In this document: positions 24,443-24,535 of the stretch, piece by piece | Numbering within the stretch: position 1 is the stretch's first letter | Layout of the letters: every line of letters starts with the position of its first letter | IMG/VR virus record: IMGVR_UViG_3300022602_000410 | Span: 1 to 24,535 of that record | Length of the DNA stretch: 24,535 nucleotides | Direction: 5' to 3' (one strand) | Source: a virus | Lineage: Duplodnaviria; Caudoviricetes | The notes under the pieces: model-generated | Seen by the model: the letters and a program-made list of their open reading frames with translations, nothing else | What the model was told of the DNA's origin: nothing | The model's database searches: none | Program-made: the position numbers and the translations under genes

Positions 24443-24535
24443 ATGGGCAAGCATATTATGTTAGTGGATGAATTCGAAGACGCTGAATATCCCGGGGAAA
24501 TCAGCAACGAAGATTACGGATTTATACTTGACTCA
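24443..24535 (+). CDS. hypothetical acidic protein, 3'-truncated by the window edge
   Basis: GGAG SD then MGKHIMLVDEFEDAEYPGEISNEDYGFILDS, open to the end of the window. Confidence 0.65.
   Translation, partial: MGKHIMLVDEFEDAEYPGEISNEDYGFILDS

Noticed and set aside
1-24535. Stop-codon reassignment as seen in some large phages
   Set aside because: Conserved genes are full length under code 11, and TAA, TAG and TGA all terminate genes at sensible positions.
1-24535. tRNA/rRNA genes, or a bacterial chromosomal origin for the window
   Set aside because: No cloverleaf-like sequence was seen in the few short intergenic gaps; host-like genes are interleaved with virion genes and T4-like late promoters, indicating a phage.

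Overview
A gene-dense segment in which every credible gene is on the + strand and many are translationally coupled. It most likely comes from a large, T4-like (myovirus-type) dsDNA phage of a proteobacterial host. Evidence: recurrent NNTAAATA late-promoter boxes, primase plus gp41/DnaB helicase, PAAR spike tip, Mtd-N-like and LamG virion proteins, class Ia ribonucleotide reductase with glutaredoxin, and a SleB-type cell-wall hydrolase. Host-like Fe-S assembly genes (iscU, iscA), two radical SAM enzymes, an atypical SDR and two AT-rich possible P-loop orphans are interleaved among the core genes. Most interesting signals: (1) a late operon (6517-9920) pairing a Pol-beta-type nucleotidyltransferase with a KxDG ligase-fold protein, both with N-termini resembling T4 capsid-targeting/prohead-protease leaders, i.e. 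a candidate virion-packaged RNA repair or anti-defence module; (2) accessory genes inserted ATG-to-ATG so that their removal leaves the flanking core genes intact; (3) a PAAR / Gly-Ser-Ala-rich protein / hydrolase penetration module; (4) structured intergenic elements (periodic AGGC array, nested palindromes) and apparently leaderless transcripts. All family assignments come from reading motifs by eye; no database searches were run.
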